Positions 12,404-25,400 of a stretch of 64,000 nucleotides of DNA are shown piece by piece (positions within the stretch are counted from its first letter, which is position 1; each line of letters starts with the position of its first letter). The translations under genes and the position numbers were made by a program. Source of the stretch: Eremomyces bilateralis CBS 781.70 (lineage: Eukaryota); NCBI GenBank assembly GCA_010015585.1, contig ML975149.1, one strand, 5' to 3'. Below the pieces are notes generated by a model. The model had not been told where the DNA came from. It saw nothing but the letters and a program-made list of their open reading frames with translations, and made no database searches.

Positions 12404-12895
12404 AGACCCTGGATGATTGCAACGGCTACATGAGCAATGTTTACTCGGACGCTGTCTATAGCAGCGATGCGATGGATTACGGTGGGGTTGAGGAACCAAC
12501 CAAGCAGTGTATTATCCTATTCTGCAGTAACCATAGATAGACATTAGCTATACGGCACAGTAACGAAAATGTATTTTTCATCTACTTTAATTGCCTAGTA
12601 GAAGTGATGGAGACCGTCGAACAAGCATATATTGTAAGAAATGAGAGCCTGATCTAGAGTGATTCCATATACCATGCATTTGCCAAACTCATACGGTACC
12701 GTCCATGCCATTGTGATCATCGCCCATAAGTCATGAACTACAAGATCCGCGCCTGCTTATAGCCGTATCGCACACCATCTCCGACGTGCCGCGCAGAACC
12801 AACACGGAACGCCAACTCTCGCTGAAAGACATGGTAAATCACGCCCAAGTACGCCAACCGCAGACACACGACAGTATTCCCACAGTCCGATGCGA

Positions 12896-14659
12896 TCACA
12901 GCTTGACTCCCCACACCCCTCGTCCACCAACCACACCCACCCACTCCCCCCCATGCCCCGTCAACGAACTATGCGGCGCCCAACTCAAATTCGACACCTC
13001 ATAATCACACTTCCACGCACTCATCGGCCCCTTCGCCGCGACGTTCCCTCCCTGTGCCTGCCCCTGCGCCGGTCCCTGCGCCACCGTCTGCGCACCCGGC
13101 CCGTTCCCTCCCGCCCCATTCTCCCTCGCGCCGCCCGTGCCTGCGCCGCCCGTGCCTGCGCCGCCCGTGCCCGCGCCGACCGGCCCATCCAACGCAGCGC
13201 CGCTCCCGCCGAGCAGATCCCAACCGAGCACCTGGCAATCGTCGGCGCCGGTGACGAGGACGCCGCGGCGGCTGGGGGCCCATTCGACGGCGTTGACGGC
13301 GGCGGAGTGGCCGCGGAGCTCGAGGAGGGCTTGGCCGGGTTGGCGGACGTCGAGGATGCGGACGATGGGGGAGTCGGCGGCGAAGGTGGCGAGGAGGTGG
13401 GCGTCGTGCGGGGAAGAGGCGAGGCGGAGGAGGGGTGGGGGGGTGGTGAGGGTGTGGGAGGTGGCGCTGGATGAGGTGGTGGCGGGCGTTTTGGTTGGGG
13501 AGTTTCGGGAGGGGGTGGGAGGGGTGTCTGTGGGGTGTTAGTGGGGATGGAGGAGGTTAGGGAGGGGGTGGAGCTACCTTTTGATGGGTCGGGTTTCTCG
13601 GCCGGTTCGTAGATGATGGTAGAATGCTCGAGGCTGCGGAGGTCAAACATGCGGACGCTGCCGTCTGCACCGCAGGAGACGAAGACATCGACGCTGCCAG
13701 CGCAGAAACGGACGTCAAAGACCTCCTTGTCGTGAGCGATGAGTTGGGTCTTGGCGGTAAGCGTCGGTATGTCCCAGATGGTGCATGTGGTATCGATACT
13801 GCTGGTGATGATGAGCTTCGGGGAGACCTGGTTCCAGTCAAGGCTGGTTAAGGGAGCCGTGTGTTCCGGTGTTTTGGAGTTCGAGAGGAGAGCGAGCGGG
13901 GTTAGCTTCGCCGTGGGCGGACCGCGCTGGTTGGCGGTGGACGTTCGATTAATGCTGTTCGAGAGGGTCTGGGAGCTTGCTTGGGAGGAATTCGGTAGTG
14001 ACCATAACCGTAGATGGTCGCCTGCTGTTGCGAGGAGATCCGACTGTTTCGATGCCGAAGGCGGTTCCCACAGTATGCGGGTGACGGGGTATGAGCACGT
14101 CGCCTCAGCGACTTTGACATATTCAACGCCATAAGGTACCCCTCCCGATGTATTCATGTCTTGCTGGTTAATCTGAGTGTCAAGGATTTGGATCTACAAT
14201 GCACTTGGTCAGCATATTGCTGTCCCTCAAAGTAGATAGGTGAAAAGCGGGCAGACTCCAAACGACGCATCGTGAGTATGTCGGGCCACGATCCCTTCCA
14301 GACATGATGACACTCACGAAATTATGCGGATCTTCCAAGTAACTCCCAATTGCCATCTTTCCCGCGCTTCCCAGCCCACCGGCTCCTCCACCAGGGGTGC
14401 TTCCACCATGCACCGTCCACTTGCACCAATCGAACGCGAATATCGGCCAGGGCGCGACATAGCTACAGTTCCCAGGAGTCACGTTCTCGCGGTAGGTACT
14501 CCCCATGCTGATGTCATGATTCTCGCTGTTGGCACGCGGTCGGATCTGGTCCAGCGCGAGCGGCATGCTGTGGGCGTGGGAGGGTGGTGGACGAGACTGC
14601 GGCGCGGGGGGCACGCCGCCGCCTGCTTGGAGGCTTTCGGGAAGGGCTTGATTCTGCAT
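12896..14659 (-). CDS. WD40-repeat scaffold protein, DCAF7/WDR68/AN11 (yeast YPL247C) family; exons 14659-14318, 14193-13578, 13527-12896
   Basis: Motifs APLTSLDWN, TSSIDTTCTIWD, KTQLIAHDKEVFDV, SCGADGSVRMFDLRSLEHSTIIYEP, PLLRLA, ILDVRQPGQALLELRGH. A 50-nt intron 13577..13528 (GTAGCT...CTAAC...CAG) restores the frame. Confidence 0.92.
13131..13178. repeat. 15-bp tandem repeat (CCGCCCGTGCCTGCG, ~3 copies) encoding GAGTG repeats in the WD40 C-terminal insertion
   Basis: Directly visible at 13131-13178. Confidence 0.8.
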
Positions 14660-14701
14660 GGGAGGCAGTATCGGTATAGAGTCGGTAGGAGGAGAGAAAG
14701 G

Positions 14702-14750
14702 ATAGAGGGTAGAGGGTGAATAGAGGGTGAATAGAGGGTGAATAGAGGTG
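14702..14750. repeat. 11-bp tandem repeat ATAGAGGGTGA (~4 imperfect copies) just upstream of the WD40 start codon
   Basis: gatagagggt agagggtgaa tagagggtga atagagggtg aatagaggtg. Confidence 0.75.
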
Positions 14751-15050
14751 TGATTCAGGTCATTACCAGCACATCGAATGGCTTTTACAGGGATGAGGTT
14801 GATGATTGTTGATCAAATGGCAGGGGGTGGAGACTGGAGCTCCTCACACTATGGAACCCAAAGCACACGGCATCAACTCCTTGTCATGGACAATCGGTTA
14901 GGATGTTTTTCAAGCAAGAGTAGTGTAGATGAGGATCGAACAGTCTCAGTACAGTTGAAAATATTAAGACAAATACATCGTTAACTCATTAACTTAATCG
15001 TTCAACTAATAGCAGGCCATCCGAGAGGCTCCCCAAGTCATACCATCATC

Positions 15051-17211
15051 CTATGTCACCGCTGTCCCTTCTATAACTTCGGCTGCTCTCTCCAACAGCC
15101 CATTGAACTCCTTCAATTTGCCGAGCAACCCATCATCCTCTTTCCCACACACCCTCATAGCCACATCCTGCAGCTGCAGCGAGAGCCTCTCGTTCATGTG
15201 CGACTCGTCCTGCCCCGTCTCCTTAACTCCATCCTGCACCTGATCCAACGCAAAACCCACCCGCTCCCACCGCCGCACCAGGTCGCGTCTCCGCACTGTC
15301 TCCTTCTCCGCACGCGAAAACCGCGCCCGCACTTCGTCCATTCGCAGGGCCGCATTGTCTCTCTCCCGCCGCACGGTCATCAGCTCTTCCCTTCGCAACG
15401 CAAGGTCCGCTCTCGCACGCCGCAGCCGCGACTCGAGTACGTCGGAAGCATATGCCGTTTCGGCAAGCTCGAAGAGAGTGGTTTGTAGGGTTGAGTCAAA
15501 GGCACGGAGAATGTTGGACTTGCGAGCATGGGCTGCGGGCCCAGTTGGTGGCTGTTGGATGGCAAGGTGCGTTGCAAGGAGCCGATGGGTTAGCTCGGAG
15601 GTGACTTGTGCAAGGACCTCTGGAGCGGTGACTGCGGTGCTGGTTGGATGGCTGGGAGGGGGGTTGGCGAGGCGGTGCGTAGTGATGGGGATGGAAGTCC
15701 CTGACGGTATCGCCACGGGATCTGGTGACGGTTCTCGAGAGGGAGGTTGAAGTTCCACCTGGATGGTGATCCGCTGCCGTTTGGTTAGGGCGAGTTCTGC
15801 CGGCAATTCATCTGATCGACGCTTTCGTGGGATGTAGTGCGTCTCCGGTTCGTAGGATGGGTCGGTGAATGTAGTCATGGCAGACATGGCTGGAGAGGGG
15901 GCAATGGAATCTTCCAACGCGGCATGCAGGAGCTGCCTTTGTGGAGGGTTCCGTCGGCGTGTTAGAACATCCTCATCAAGTTCGTCACCAGTACTGGCGT
16001 CATCGATTATGGTGGCTTCGGGTCGATCGGGCTCCATTTCAGCTGTGATTCGAGAGGATGGGTGAAGACTAGGTGTCCTTGGTTTAGGAGTAACGAACAG
16101 CGGGGATGTAGTGATGGGATTTCGGGTAATCTCAGCAGCGAGGCCTTCCCGCTCCATACGTTGGTTGTGGACTGGAGTCCCCAACATTTTATCAATGTGA
16201 CGTTCGATAGAGGCGTCGTCGACCGTCGATTCATGATGTTTGTCGGGCTGCCTATGCGGCGATGCCGATCCCAGAGCAGCAATCGGCTCTGTTGATTTCG
16301 GGGAGTTGAGGATCGCTTCCTCCAAGTCCTCCAGAGGCAGTCTTGTCCGTCTCCGGCCTCTTTCGACGCTAGGCGGAGCGTGTTCGGATTCGGTAACATT
16401 CTCTTTGCCCTTCAAGAACGATTTCGTCTTGAGCGGGGTGCCAATATTGGCCGAGGGAACAATACTCCCTCCCATGGACGCTCTGGTCTTCCCTAAGTTC
16501 AGACTACTCATACTAAGTCGTCCGTTTGATGCCGCCGGGAGCGGTTTGGAAGGAACCACGTGGTATTTCTTTCCGGTCGATTTGGCCTTTGCGGATCGTA
16601 ATGTTCGCTTATTACCAAGTGTTTTGGGCCCCTCGTCCTCTTGTTGAACTTGGCCATTTTGACCTAGTGTCTGCTCCGGTGTGTGTTGAACAGGTATCTT
16701 CTGCTGCGTACGAACATTCGGGGTTCGTTGCTCGCGCTCTTCTGCGACAAGAGGATCCGTGTCGTTGTGATCGCTAAGTGCCCTATTGCCTTCTGAAGCC
16801 GACACAACTACTTCAGGCTCCTCCTGGACGGGAGCAAAACCACCGGAGACCTCACTATCGCCTTCTGCTTGTGCCGACCATCCCGCGTTCTTCGTAGATG
16901 TCGATTTCGTTGAAGTTGCGGGAGTCTTTCTGGCACTCCTTGTTTTTGTAGAAGCTGGCGTCTTCTTTGACACCCCACTCCCTCGATTTCGGGGAGTCTT
17001 CCTTGACGACGGCTTTGGATTCAATGGCGCAGGTGTTGGAGCCTCTCTCGGCGGAATCGATGGACCAAAGGAGAATCCGAAGTCCGCATTCTTGATTTCG
17101 CGTGTGCCTGCGCCTCGCTGGCGGAGGAGTCGTCGCTCTTGTCGGTCTGATATTGCGATTAGCATTGGTGAAATCCAGGGTTCCAGGTCATTTATTACCA
17201 TTTGGCGCCAT
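15051..17211 (-). CDS. Probable inner-kinetochore protein (CENP-U/Ame1-like): long disordered region and C-terminal coiled coil; exons 17211-17199, 17146-15051
   Basis: ATG GCG CCA AAT G / intron 17198..17147 / DRQERRLLRQRGAGTREIKNADFGFSFG (N-terminal motif of Pezizomycotina CENP-U-like proteins, from memory). IPITTHRL...EVLAQVTSE precedes the coiled coil. An MCB element lies upstream. Confidence 0.6.
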
Positions 17212-17319
17212 TTCCGTTCATGCGCATGCCGACTTGCATCAGTGCATGTCAAGAATGATTGAGTTTTTGACAGAATGCAACACTACAGATACAGTGCATC
17301 TCCACAACCGCGACATGGG

Positions 17320-17325
17320 ACGCGT
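17320..17325. promoter_or_regulatory. MluI cell-cycle box (ACGCGT) in the divergent CENP-U-like/ATG28 promoter
   Basis: ACGCGT about 110 bp upstream of the kinetochore gene ATG. Confidence 0.4.
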
Positions 17326-17579
17326 CGAGGGCATTGGAGGTGGAACTGAGTCAGGTGTAAACAGTCTTGGCGTTGTACAATGATAAATGCGCGAGTCATG
17401 TGGCCTCTCCTCTCAGCCTACCAGTTGTACGAGCTGGTCACGTTCATTGTTCACAAGGCAGCATCATCCTCGGATTACATCGCTATACGGGGATATATTA
17501 GCGTTATCTCGAGGTTAAAGCGTCTTTCTTTCCATCACTCCGACTATGAAGCCGCAATTCCTTTCCCTGCTGTAATCCG

Positions 17580-19229
17580 ATGTCTGCATTCCGCTCCTGG
17601 CTCCCTCCTTCAGGAGTCCATCGCGCAACCCATGAACTCCCACTGTATCACTCTCCACCAACCTCTCCTCCTCCAGGTCAGCGGACGCTCTCTCCTCATC
17701 AATCAGCCCCTCGTGCGTCGTCCTCGCTGTCACCGTATCGTAGGACAGACAGCCCTCGAACTAATCGAGGACAGGCCGCGGAATCGATCCATGCCTCCAC
17801 GCTTCGACTCCAGCATGCACGGGAAACTCCCACCGAGCTTCTGGCTCTCGAACGAAAGGCCACGGAGTTGCAGGAGAGGCTCCAGCATTTAGTCGACGCG
17901 CAGTCCGAAGCTCTCCTGGCGGTAAATGGCCCTCAAGGAGCTACCGATCCCGAGCTAGATCCCGAGCTGGGAGACTTCCCTGACTACCTCGACGATGCCG
18001 ACAACAGCAGCTTGACCGGAACAGCGTGGAGCACGCCTTCATCTAGGTCTCCAGCAGGCCGCGGTCATCGCCTGCCACCGCATGTATCAGGGAAGCCAAA
18101 ATCCCTCCACTCGACGAGACACAATATCTACAAAACCATGCTACGGCTCTCACGCCTGAAGTCTCGCGAGCATGAGCTCCTAACACCGCAACTATCCTCC
18201 CACACGGCCAACCTCCACCGGATTGACACCTGGGACCGCCAGAAATCACGCATCGCACGCGCCGCGTCCGAACTCCAATTCTCGCCGGATGGCCGACGCG
18301 CCCAAGAGCTCGGGGAGGAGGTGGATCGTGTAGATCAAGAGATTGAGGAGCTGCAGACGCGGTTGAATCAGCTGAAGTCCCAACGGGACAGACTGGATGA
18401 TGAGCATCAAAAATTGTTGAATCGCTTGGAGGCACAGCAGGCGAAGTTCCGGCGAGAAGAGCAGAACGTCGAGGCGGAAGTCCGGGACTTTGTGGGTAGA
18501 GCTCCGGAGAACCTCGGAGATGGTGCCAAGGGTGGCAATGGACGCATGGGATGGCGGACTCGCGAGGATGTAGATAATGCTGATGGACAGGGAGCGATCT
18601 GGAATATCAAGCCGGAACGACGGACGTTGGAGATGGCGAAGGACTATTGGGAATGGCGGTTGGAAGGCTCAGAGAGACGGGTTAAGGCTGCTGAACGCGA
18701 AGAAGATGCATTAAAGGACGGTGCCCAGATATGGCGACAGGTCGTTGAGAGAGTCAACGAGTTCGAGAGGTCACTCCGAGAGTCTCTCCAAGCGATCGCT
18801 GCGTCCACAAAACCTGGTGCCAATATGGAAAGCGTGTCGAAAACGTCCCGATCGATCCAAAACGCTATGGACGAGGTGGCATCCTACCTGGAAGAACAGC
18901 ACGAAGTATCCATCCAGAAGGGCTGGAACCTGCTCATTACCTGTATTGGAGCCGAATTGGAGGCGTTCAGGCAGGCGCAGGATGTCTTGGGTCAAACGCT
19001 TCAGACATTGCAGCAGACAGAGTTATCTGAGCTGCCGTCATCGCCGTTTGGAAAGGGTTTAAGGAGGCGTAGCAAGCGTATGTCACAACCGGTGAGCGAT
19101 GCATCGACTGCGACAGTCATCTCGCCTTCCAAGCAAGTTGTCATATCGCCATTGGATGATGATTCTGAGGATGCGGATCCAGATCCGGATTTGCTAATCT
19201 CACATCTGGACACGGATCCGGAATCATAA
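17580..19229 (+). CDS. ATG28: Autophagy-related protein 28-like coiled-coil protein
   Basis: Intronless 549-aa ORF with LQHLVDAQSEALL, a long coiled coil, RRTLEMAKDYW, ALKDGAQIW, WNLLITCIGAELEAF and acidic C-terminal DPDPDLLIS. Confidence 0.75.
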   Translation: MSAFRSWLPPSGVHRATHELPLYHSPPTSPPPGQRTLSPHQSAPRASSSLSPYRRTDSPRTNRGQAAESIHASTLRLQHARETPTELLALERKATELQERLQHLVDAQSEALLAVNGPQGATDPELDPELGDFPDYLDDADNSSLTGTAWSTPSSRSPAGRGHRLPPHVSGKPKSLHSTRHNIYKTMLRLSRLKSREHELLTPQLSSHTANLHRIDTWDRQKSRIARAASELQFSPDGRRAQELGEEVDRVDQEIEELQTRLNQLKSQRDRLDDEHQKLLNRLEAQQAKFRREEQNVEAEVRDFVGRAPENLGDGAKGGNGRMGWRTREDVDNADGQGAIWNIKPERRTLEMAKDYWEWRLEGSERRVKAAEREEDALKDGAQIWRQVVERVNEFERSLRESLQAIAASTKPGANMESVSKTSRSIQNAMDEVASYLEEQHEVSIQKGWNLLITCIGAELEAFRQAQDVLGQTLQTLQQTELSELPSSPFGKGLRRRSKRMSQPVSDASTATVISPSKQVVISPLDDDSEDADPDPDLLISHLDTDPES

Positions 19230-19476
19230 ACATCATCTGCAACACAGCGACATACTAGGTAGCAAATTAAAGCAAAGCAAGATACTTCAATTGTTACACG
19301 GAACTAAAGGTACAAAAGAAAGTCGACCGCTGTCGATGGTGATCCTACTATGTGAATCGCTCCAACCCAAATGACCGCTACACATAACCGAAACGCCTCT
19401 CTGATCACCAGAGCATGTCCACCACCAGCCCACAGAAAACCCAAGTCAATCTGAACAAAAAAAAAAGGGGTATCTT

Positions 19477-22400
19477 TTACACTTCTTCCGCTTCCGCCAT
19501 GATCCTCTCCCCTTCATCCAGCAAATCCATGATCATCCCCAGATCCCCCACCATCTCCTTCGCCTGCGCCTTCAGCAACAACTTCTCTGCATTGGCAGGC
19601 AAGCCCAGGAATGCGGGCGGTTCTCGCTCAGGCAGGACGTTGACCCAGTCCATAAACGCTTTCCACGACGTTTGCGGCGGTACGGCGAGGCCATTCTCCG
19701 CGTCTTTGCTCGGCTGAACGAGGAGATGGTTTTCCTCGAATGCATCGGGCGTCATGAAGGATGAGACGAGATTGCTCAGGACCGCGTGATCCTCTTCGTC
19801 ATCGATTTTGCCGCCGTACATCTCCGTGATAAGAACGCGTATGATGTCCCATGGGATGGAAGTGGGGTTGATGTTGGAGCGGGATTGGGCGGCGGAATCG
19901 ACCCAGTAGTCAATGATAAATGCGCAGCATTCGTACTATTGAATTCGTGTTAGCGACAATTGAGGATACTTTGTGAGGCGGAACACTTACGTCGCTGTCA
20001 TTGAACTCCCAGAACCCCTTCCAACCCAACCGCGGCGCATACCGCAACCTCTCCTGCACCACCGCATGTAGGAAAGAGAGCAAAAAGTATATTCTTGCTC
20101 TCTCGACCGGCTCCTGCGTAGCTCGGTTCGCCGCGCTAGCAAGCGAATCTTTCATGTTCGCCCGAATGCCTGCTGGCTGCTCATACATCAAGACTCGGCT
20201 TGCCCGGAGCAAATTGACCGGGATCTTTGGACTGGTCTCCATGCTCAAAAACAGGCGGAAATCCTTGTGCGGCTTCAACGAGTCGATGCGTTTCTCAAGA
20301 CTCTGAAGCCAGGTGGGTGCAAGATGCACGTTTTTGACGAGCACCCACGAGCCGGTTGCTGCGGCGTTGCTCACTGCCTTGTCTGCACTGGCGAGGCCTT
20401 CCGAAGAACCCATCGCAATGTTCGTGCAATGAACACCCATGCGCTCGACGAGGTTGTCGACCTTGTAGCTGGCGTCGAAACCAGGAGACGAACTGAGTGC
20501 GATGGGCGTAGTTGACTGGACTTGGTCCACTATATCGCCCAGATCTCCAGACGCGTCGAGGAGATCTTTACCGAAGACGGTGGTCACAAAACGCTCCACC
20601 GCAGGAACAAGACGGTCAATGCGGAAGATTTTGACCAGCACGAGTGACCGCAGTTGTTGATCGTATCGGTCGACATTGGAGCTCCATACCGGTGGGATAT
20701 GTTGTTCGGCGAGTTCTTCGGTGGAAAACTTGTCCCAGGCTTCGGAAGGAATGGCGTTGATGTGGTCTTTGAACACCCGGAGCTTCATTGCTCTCGCCAT
20801 TGCTTCATCCTTGCGCGTAGTCTCGGTAGACACATCGAGGCCTTCAAGGTCCTTGTCGAGCACCAAGTCAATTAAAGTTTTGTCCATCTTGAACGGAGCT
20901 GCTTGCGCAAGAAGCATCGCGAGCGTGACTCGATCCTTCTGCAAAAGTGACATGGAGGTACGCCGATAAGTGTTGATGAACAGCTCGCGAATGATGAGGT
21001 CGATCCGCGCTTGATGGTGCGTCTCCTTAGCTTGCCGCGCACGACTGAGGACGGTTTCGAAAATGTCGATGAAATACTGCAAGGAGAACTGGTAGAAATG
21101 ATTGATGTGATGCACTTGCTCCAGAACAGCAAAGATTGCAGCGCATGAGCGAGCAATGCCAGTGTACTGTAGGGTAATGTTCTCGACTTCAGTCATAACA
21201 CCTTCTGTCTCTTCAACCTTGGCACTGATTTCTCCCGCTTCTTTTTTGAGTGTTTCAAGGGTCTCAATAACATTGTCATCATCGAGGATATTGCCCCGAG
21301 ACTCGTTAAGGGCCTGCAATAGCTGCTTCTCAAGCTGTCGGAGATGAACGTTGAACTCTCCCTGCATCTTGATGAGGTTCGAGCGCCTCTCATCGACATC
21401 TGGTCTTTCGGACTTGAGCACCTCATTGAGCGATTGGGTTCGAAGACTGCTTTGGGTAATGGTGAAGTTGACAAAGGTGGTGCGGCTGCAGATATCCGGT
21501 GCGAAGGTCGCTGAGGGATCCCGGGTTGACAGGTACAATTTGAATGAAGGCGAAAAATCGATCTCTTGCTTTCCAAGTTGGATAAGAACACGGCCACCGG
21601 TCTTCTGGTATTCTTTGTTCAGGACATGAGTCAGGATTGGATCGAGATGCTCGGCATCTTGGATGAGAATCGGGTTGCCAAATCGTAATGAGCTCTCGAG
21701 TTGCTTCACGAAGGAATCGTCTAAGAAGCTGGTGACGGTGAGACGGCGGTCCTTGCACTCATTCTGTAGGAACTCGTTCACTCGGCCCGATGGATCGATG
21801 ATGAGAGGATAACGGTTGAACCTCTTGAGGATGATTGCGTTCTCCGTGCACAGATCATCCACAGGCAACGTATTCGCCTGCCATTTCAAGCGCTCATCCG
21901 CGGAAGAGAGATATTCCGTAACTGGGTTGAGAGGCTTGAACTTGATTCCGGAAAGCGTGAGCTGTTGGCGCCAGTCATCACTCATCTTCTGGCGGTATTG
22001 TTGGTCGTAGAAGCCTCCATACGTGACGAAGGCCGCCGCAACGAGAACGTCGCCAACAAGCGTGTCAATCTGTGTCTCAAACGACTTGCTCGTCTCCTCC
22101 CAACGCCCTCGCTCCGAAGACAAGCTCTCAAGAAGTCTGACGCTTCGGTCCACCTTGTTTTGCACTCTCTTCATCTCCGTTGAGATGGATTGGGTTTGGC
22201 TGATCAAGGCCGCATATTCCTCCTTGTATCGTCCAATGCTCGCCTCGAGCCTCTTAACTTCGTTCTCAACAGCCATCGCCTCCGCCTTGGTTTGCTCCGA
22301 ATCATCCTGCAGCTGGACAACCTCCTCGCGGAGTGGTCCGACTCGATCAAGAATCTCGGAGAAGTTGACTTGAGCCTCGACCCATTGTACAAGAGGACCG

Positions 22401-25400
22401 CATGCCCTGCTTGCACGATTAACCCGTTCGAAGGTGAACTCCTCCTTAGACAGGAACTCGTTCCTCATACGAACACGGAGGTTCTTCGTCATTTGGGCCT
22501 CATTGTCGTAGGTAACAATGCTAGCAATAAAATCGTCGCGACGGATGATTGCTTGAATGGCCCTCCAATCTGCAGCTTTATGTCCTAGCAGTGTGCAGAC
22601 AGACTCCAATGCGAGCTTCACGCCAGCCGGAGGGCTCGTCATGGATCTGACCTCAGTCAAATGCTGCCTCTTGATGTTGCTGACGCTCTTCTGCGCTTCG
22701 AGGACTGCCGGTTCTGCCCTCGCCAGATCCTGCTCCACGACTGCGCGACGAGCAGTGATTTCCTGCTCTTGCTTCTCCAACGCTTCCCGGATTTCAAGTG
22801 ACGCCGCTTTGCGCTTCTCCGCTTCACGTTGATCCGCAATCATCCGTTGGAGTTTCTCGTTTGCTTCGGCATCCTTTCGCTCTAATTGGCTCTTCTTATC
22901 AGCAAGGCTATGCCGAAGATCGCGGACTTTGTCGACAGTCTCGCGCAATTTGTCCAGACCAACGTTCAAATGCCGCTGTTGCTCCTCTAGGTCTTCTCGT
23001 TTCTCGTGGTGGAGTTTCGCGTATTGTGCCACAAAGTCTAGGAAGTGACGAGGTGTGAGATACGTCGTCTTGTTATGCTGCTTCTGGAGGCGGGAGTTGA
23101 GATGGGCAATTGAATGATGTATGAAGACCATAGAGTTGACCACTGCATCGCGATGTGAAGGCGGGAGGATGAGGTCTGGGTATGCCGCAGGCAGGGTATC
23201 GGGCGCCGTGTAAGACGATCGATCCAGGTCGATTGATTGTGTGAGTTCCGAACCAACCTGGAATAGAGCTTGATCTGACCAGTCGCCGAACCAATTAAGG
23301 ACGCAACGATTGAACAGTGCAGGGCTAGTGGCGGCTTTGGATGAAAGACCTTCTTCTGGCGGATTCATTGTGAAGACGACGTGCAAATTCTTGATGATCT
23401 GCTGCGTGAACCACTTATAGAGCTCCTCATTGGAGTCAAGGAGGAGACCTTGCCTCTGAGCCCCTTCACGACACGATGTCATGAGCGTGGCGTATTCGTC
23501 GCCTTCGAACAATCCAGGAACCTCAGCATTGGCAAGCAGCGTATTCATGCGTTCCAAGAAGCCAGAATCCAAGACGTTCGACTCATCCATGATGAAGCAA
23601 ATCTTCTCGCCTTTGCAGCCACATCTTCGAAGCACGTTTCGAAGGTCGTCATCGAAATCGGCCGCTGAGTATTTTCCGTGCACTTTGATCTGATAGACCA
23701 TCAGGCCGTTCATCCATGCGACAAACCGGGACAGGGTCGTCTTTCCACTTCCGCTGACTCCAATAAGGATAAGATGACCTTGTGGTTGACGGAAGACACG
23801 GTCAATACGGAGGACATGTTCCAAGACATCATTGAACAAGATCAATGGCACGTCGAGCTCTTCCTCGCAGAATGTCTTGAGTCTCGCTTTTACGAATTCG
23901 CGGAGTTCGCCTCTGTCCACGGGCACGTAGTTCTTGGAAAGCCAATTCGAGAATAGAATCGGTCCACCAAGTGATTTTTCTTCATCAATGACAGGGAAGT
24001 GCTCCAGCGCCACGCGGCGAATACAATCCTCAGTCCAGTTTCGCTCGTCCTCGTCCACGAGTCGATCCTGGAATAATCGTAAAGCTTCGTGGGCCCAGAT
24101 GCGAACCAGGCCCTCCACAGACAGGTTCTCCAGTGGCTTGATCGCTTCGTAGAGACCTCTCACCCAGCGGGTTAGTTCACGAGGAGAATAGACGTAGTGG
24201 GGTTGGATGTCTGGCGTAAAGCGTTTCTGCGACTCGGCATAAAGCTGAACCATAGCCTTCGTGAGAGCATCTGCATGACCACGCAGGGAGGGAAGAATCT
24301 TGAGCACGGCATTGTTGAATGTCCCATAGATTTGGAGCAGAGACTGCTGTCCGGGATAATCGACCATGATTAAAGGAGCATGTCGTAGGAAACGTGAGCC
24401 CATCGGCGTCCGGCCGGCATCCGTAGGAGGGTTACATGCGCCAACAAATTGAATGCGGTCCAAGGTCACCCATGTCTTGTCAGTTGTCCTCCAGAAACCG
24501 TTTTGCTCCACCAACTGTCGGAGGAAGGAGATGGCACGTTGAGTACCATACTTGTCCGGGGCCGGAAGATTGATTTCGTCACAGAAGACGACGAGCCACC
24601 TGCCGATCTGCCGAGGCGAGAGAATAACCCCGTTGAGTGTTTTCTTATACTCACAGTGTTGTTCAAAGGTCTTAACGAGCAGCTCGGGGGTCGTTGCACT
24701 TGAGAAGTTCAGACCGACGGTTTCCATGTTTGGAAGTTTCCTGAGCGCGCTAAACAGCGTCATCGTCTTGCCTGATCCAGGTGGACCGCACAGCAGCAGA
24801 GGCTTGTGTTCAGCGAGCCATGAGTAGAGGACTTCTTCGTGTCTCACCGTATCCAATGTTGGAATGACAACGTCCGTCTGGGTAACCGAATGGGTGTTCA
24901 CTTCAATCGCCGGCACCTGGTTCTGCCACATAGTCCATTCAGCCCTTGGCAATAACACTTCGTAGTCGATAAGGGAGGACGCATCGGTCAAGACAGGAAC
25001 ATCGACGGTGGTCAAGCCAGCAACCATGTCTCCAAACGTCTTGCGGTCAGCCAACGGGCAATCCCCAACTAGAGACCAGACGAGCGCGATGAGCAGCTTT
25101 TTAGACAAAAACGCTTCGATCTGCTCCAGCTCGAGCGGGAAGTCCGCATGCTGGATGTTGTACTCCAAAATAGTCCGGCATGCTTTGTTGAGCAACGAGA
25201 AAAGCGTATTGAGCGCTCGGATCGCGGTGAATTCCATAATATGACGGAAGTTGCGCGCTTGCTCGAGAGTCTTCTCGATGAAGTTGTCGCGATCGACTTT
25301 AGCCTGGAGGAAATCGGCAACGTGGGATTGAACCAGAAGGTTCTTCTGCTGCAGCTCGGCTGGGGGAACGGAATCGTCCTCCACGTCTTCGATGGGAACT

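Noticed and set aside
13021..13600. Apparent frameshift/pseudogene in the WD40 gene (ORF runs into poly-Pro and Arg-Ala text)
   Set aside because: A 50-nt intron at 13577..13528 with donor, CTAAC branch and CAG acceptor restores the conserved frame
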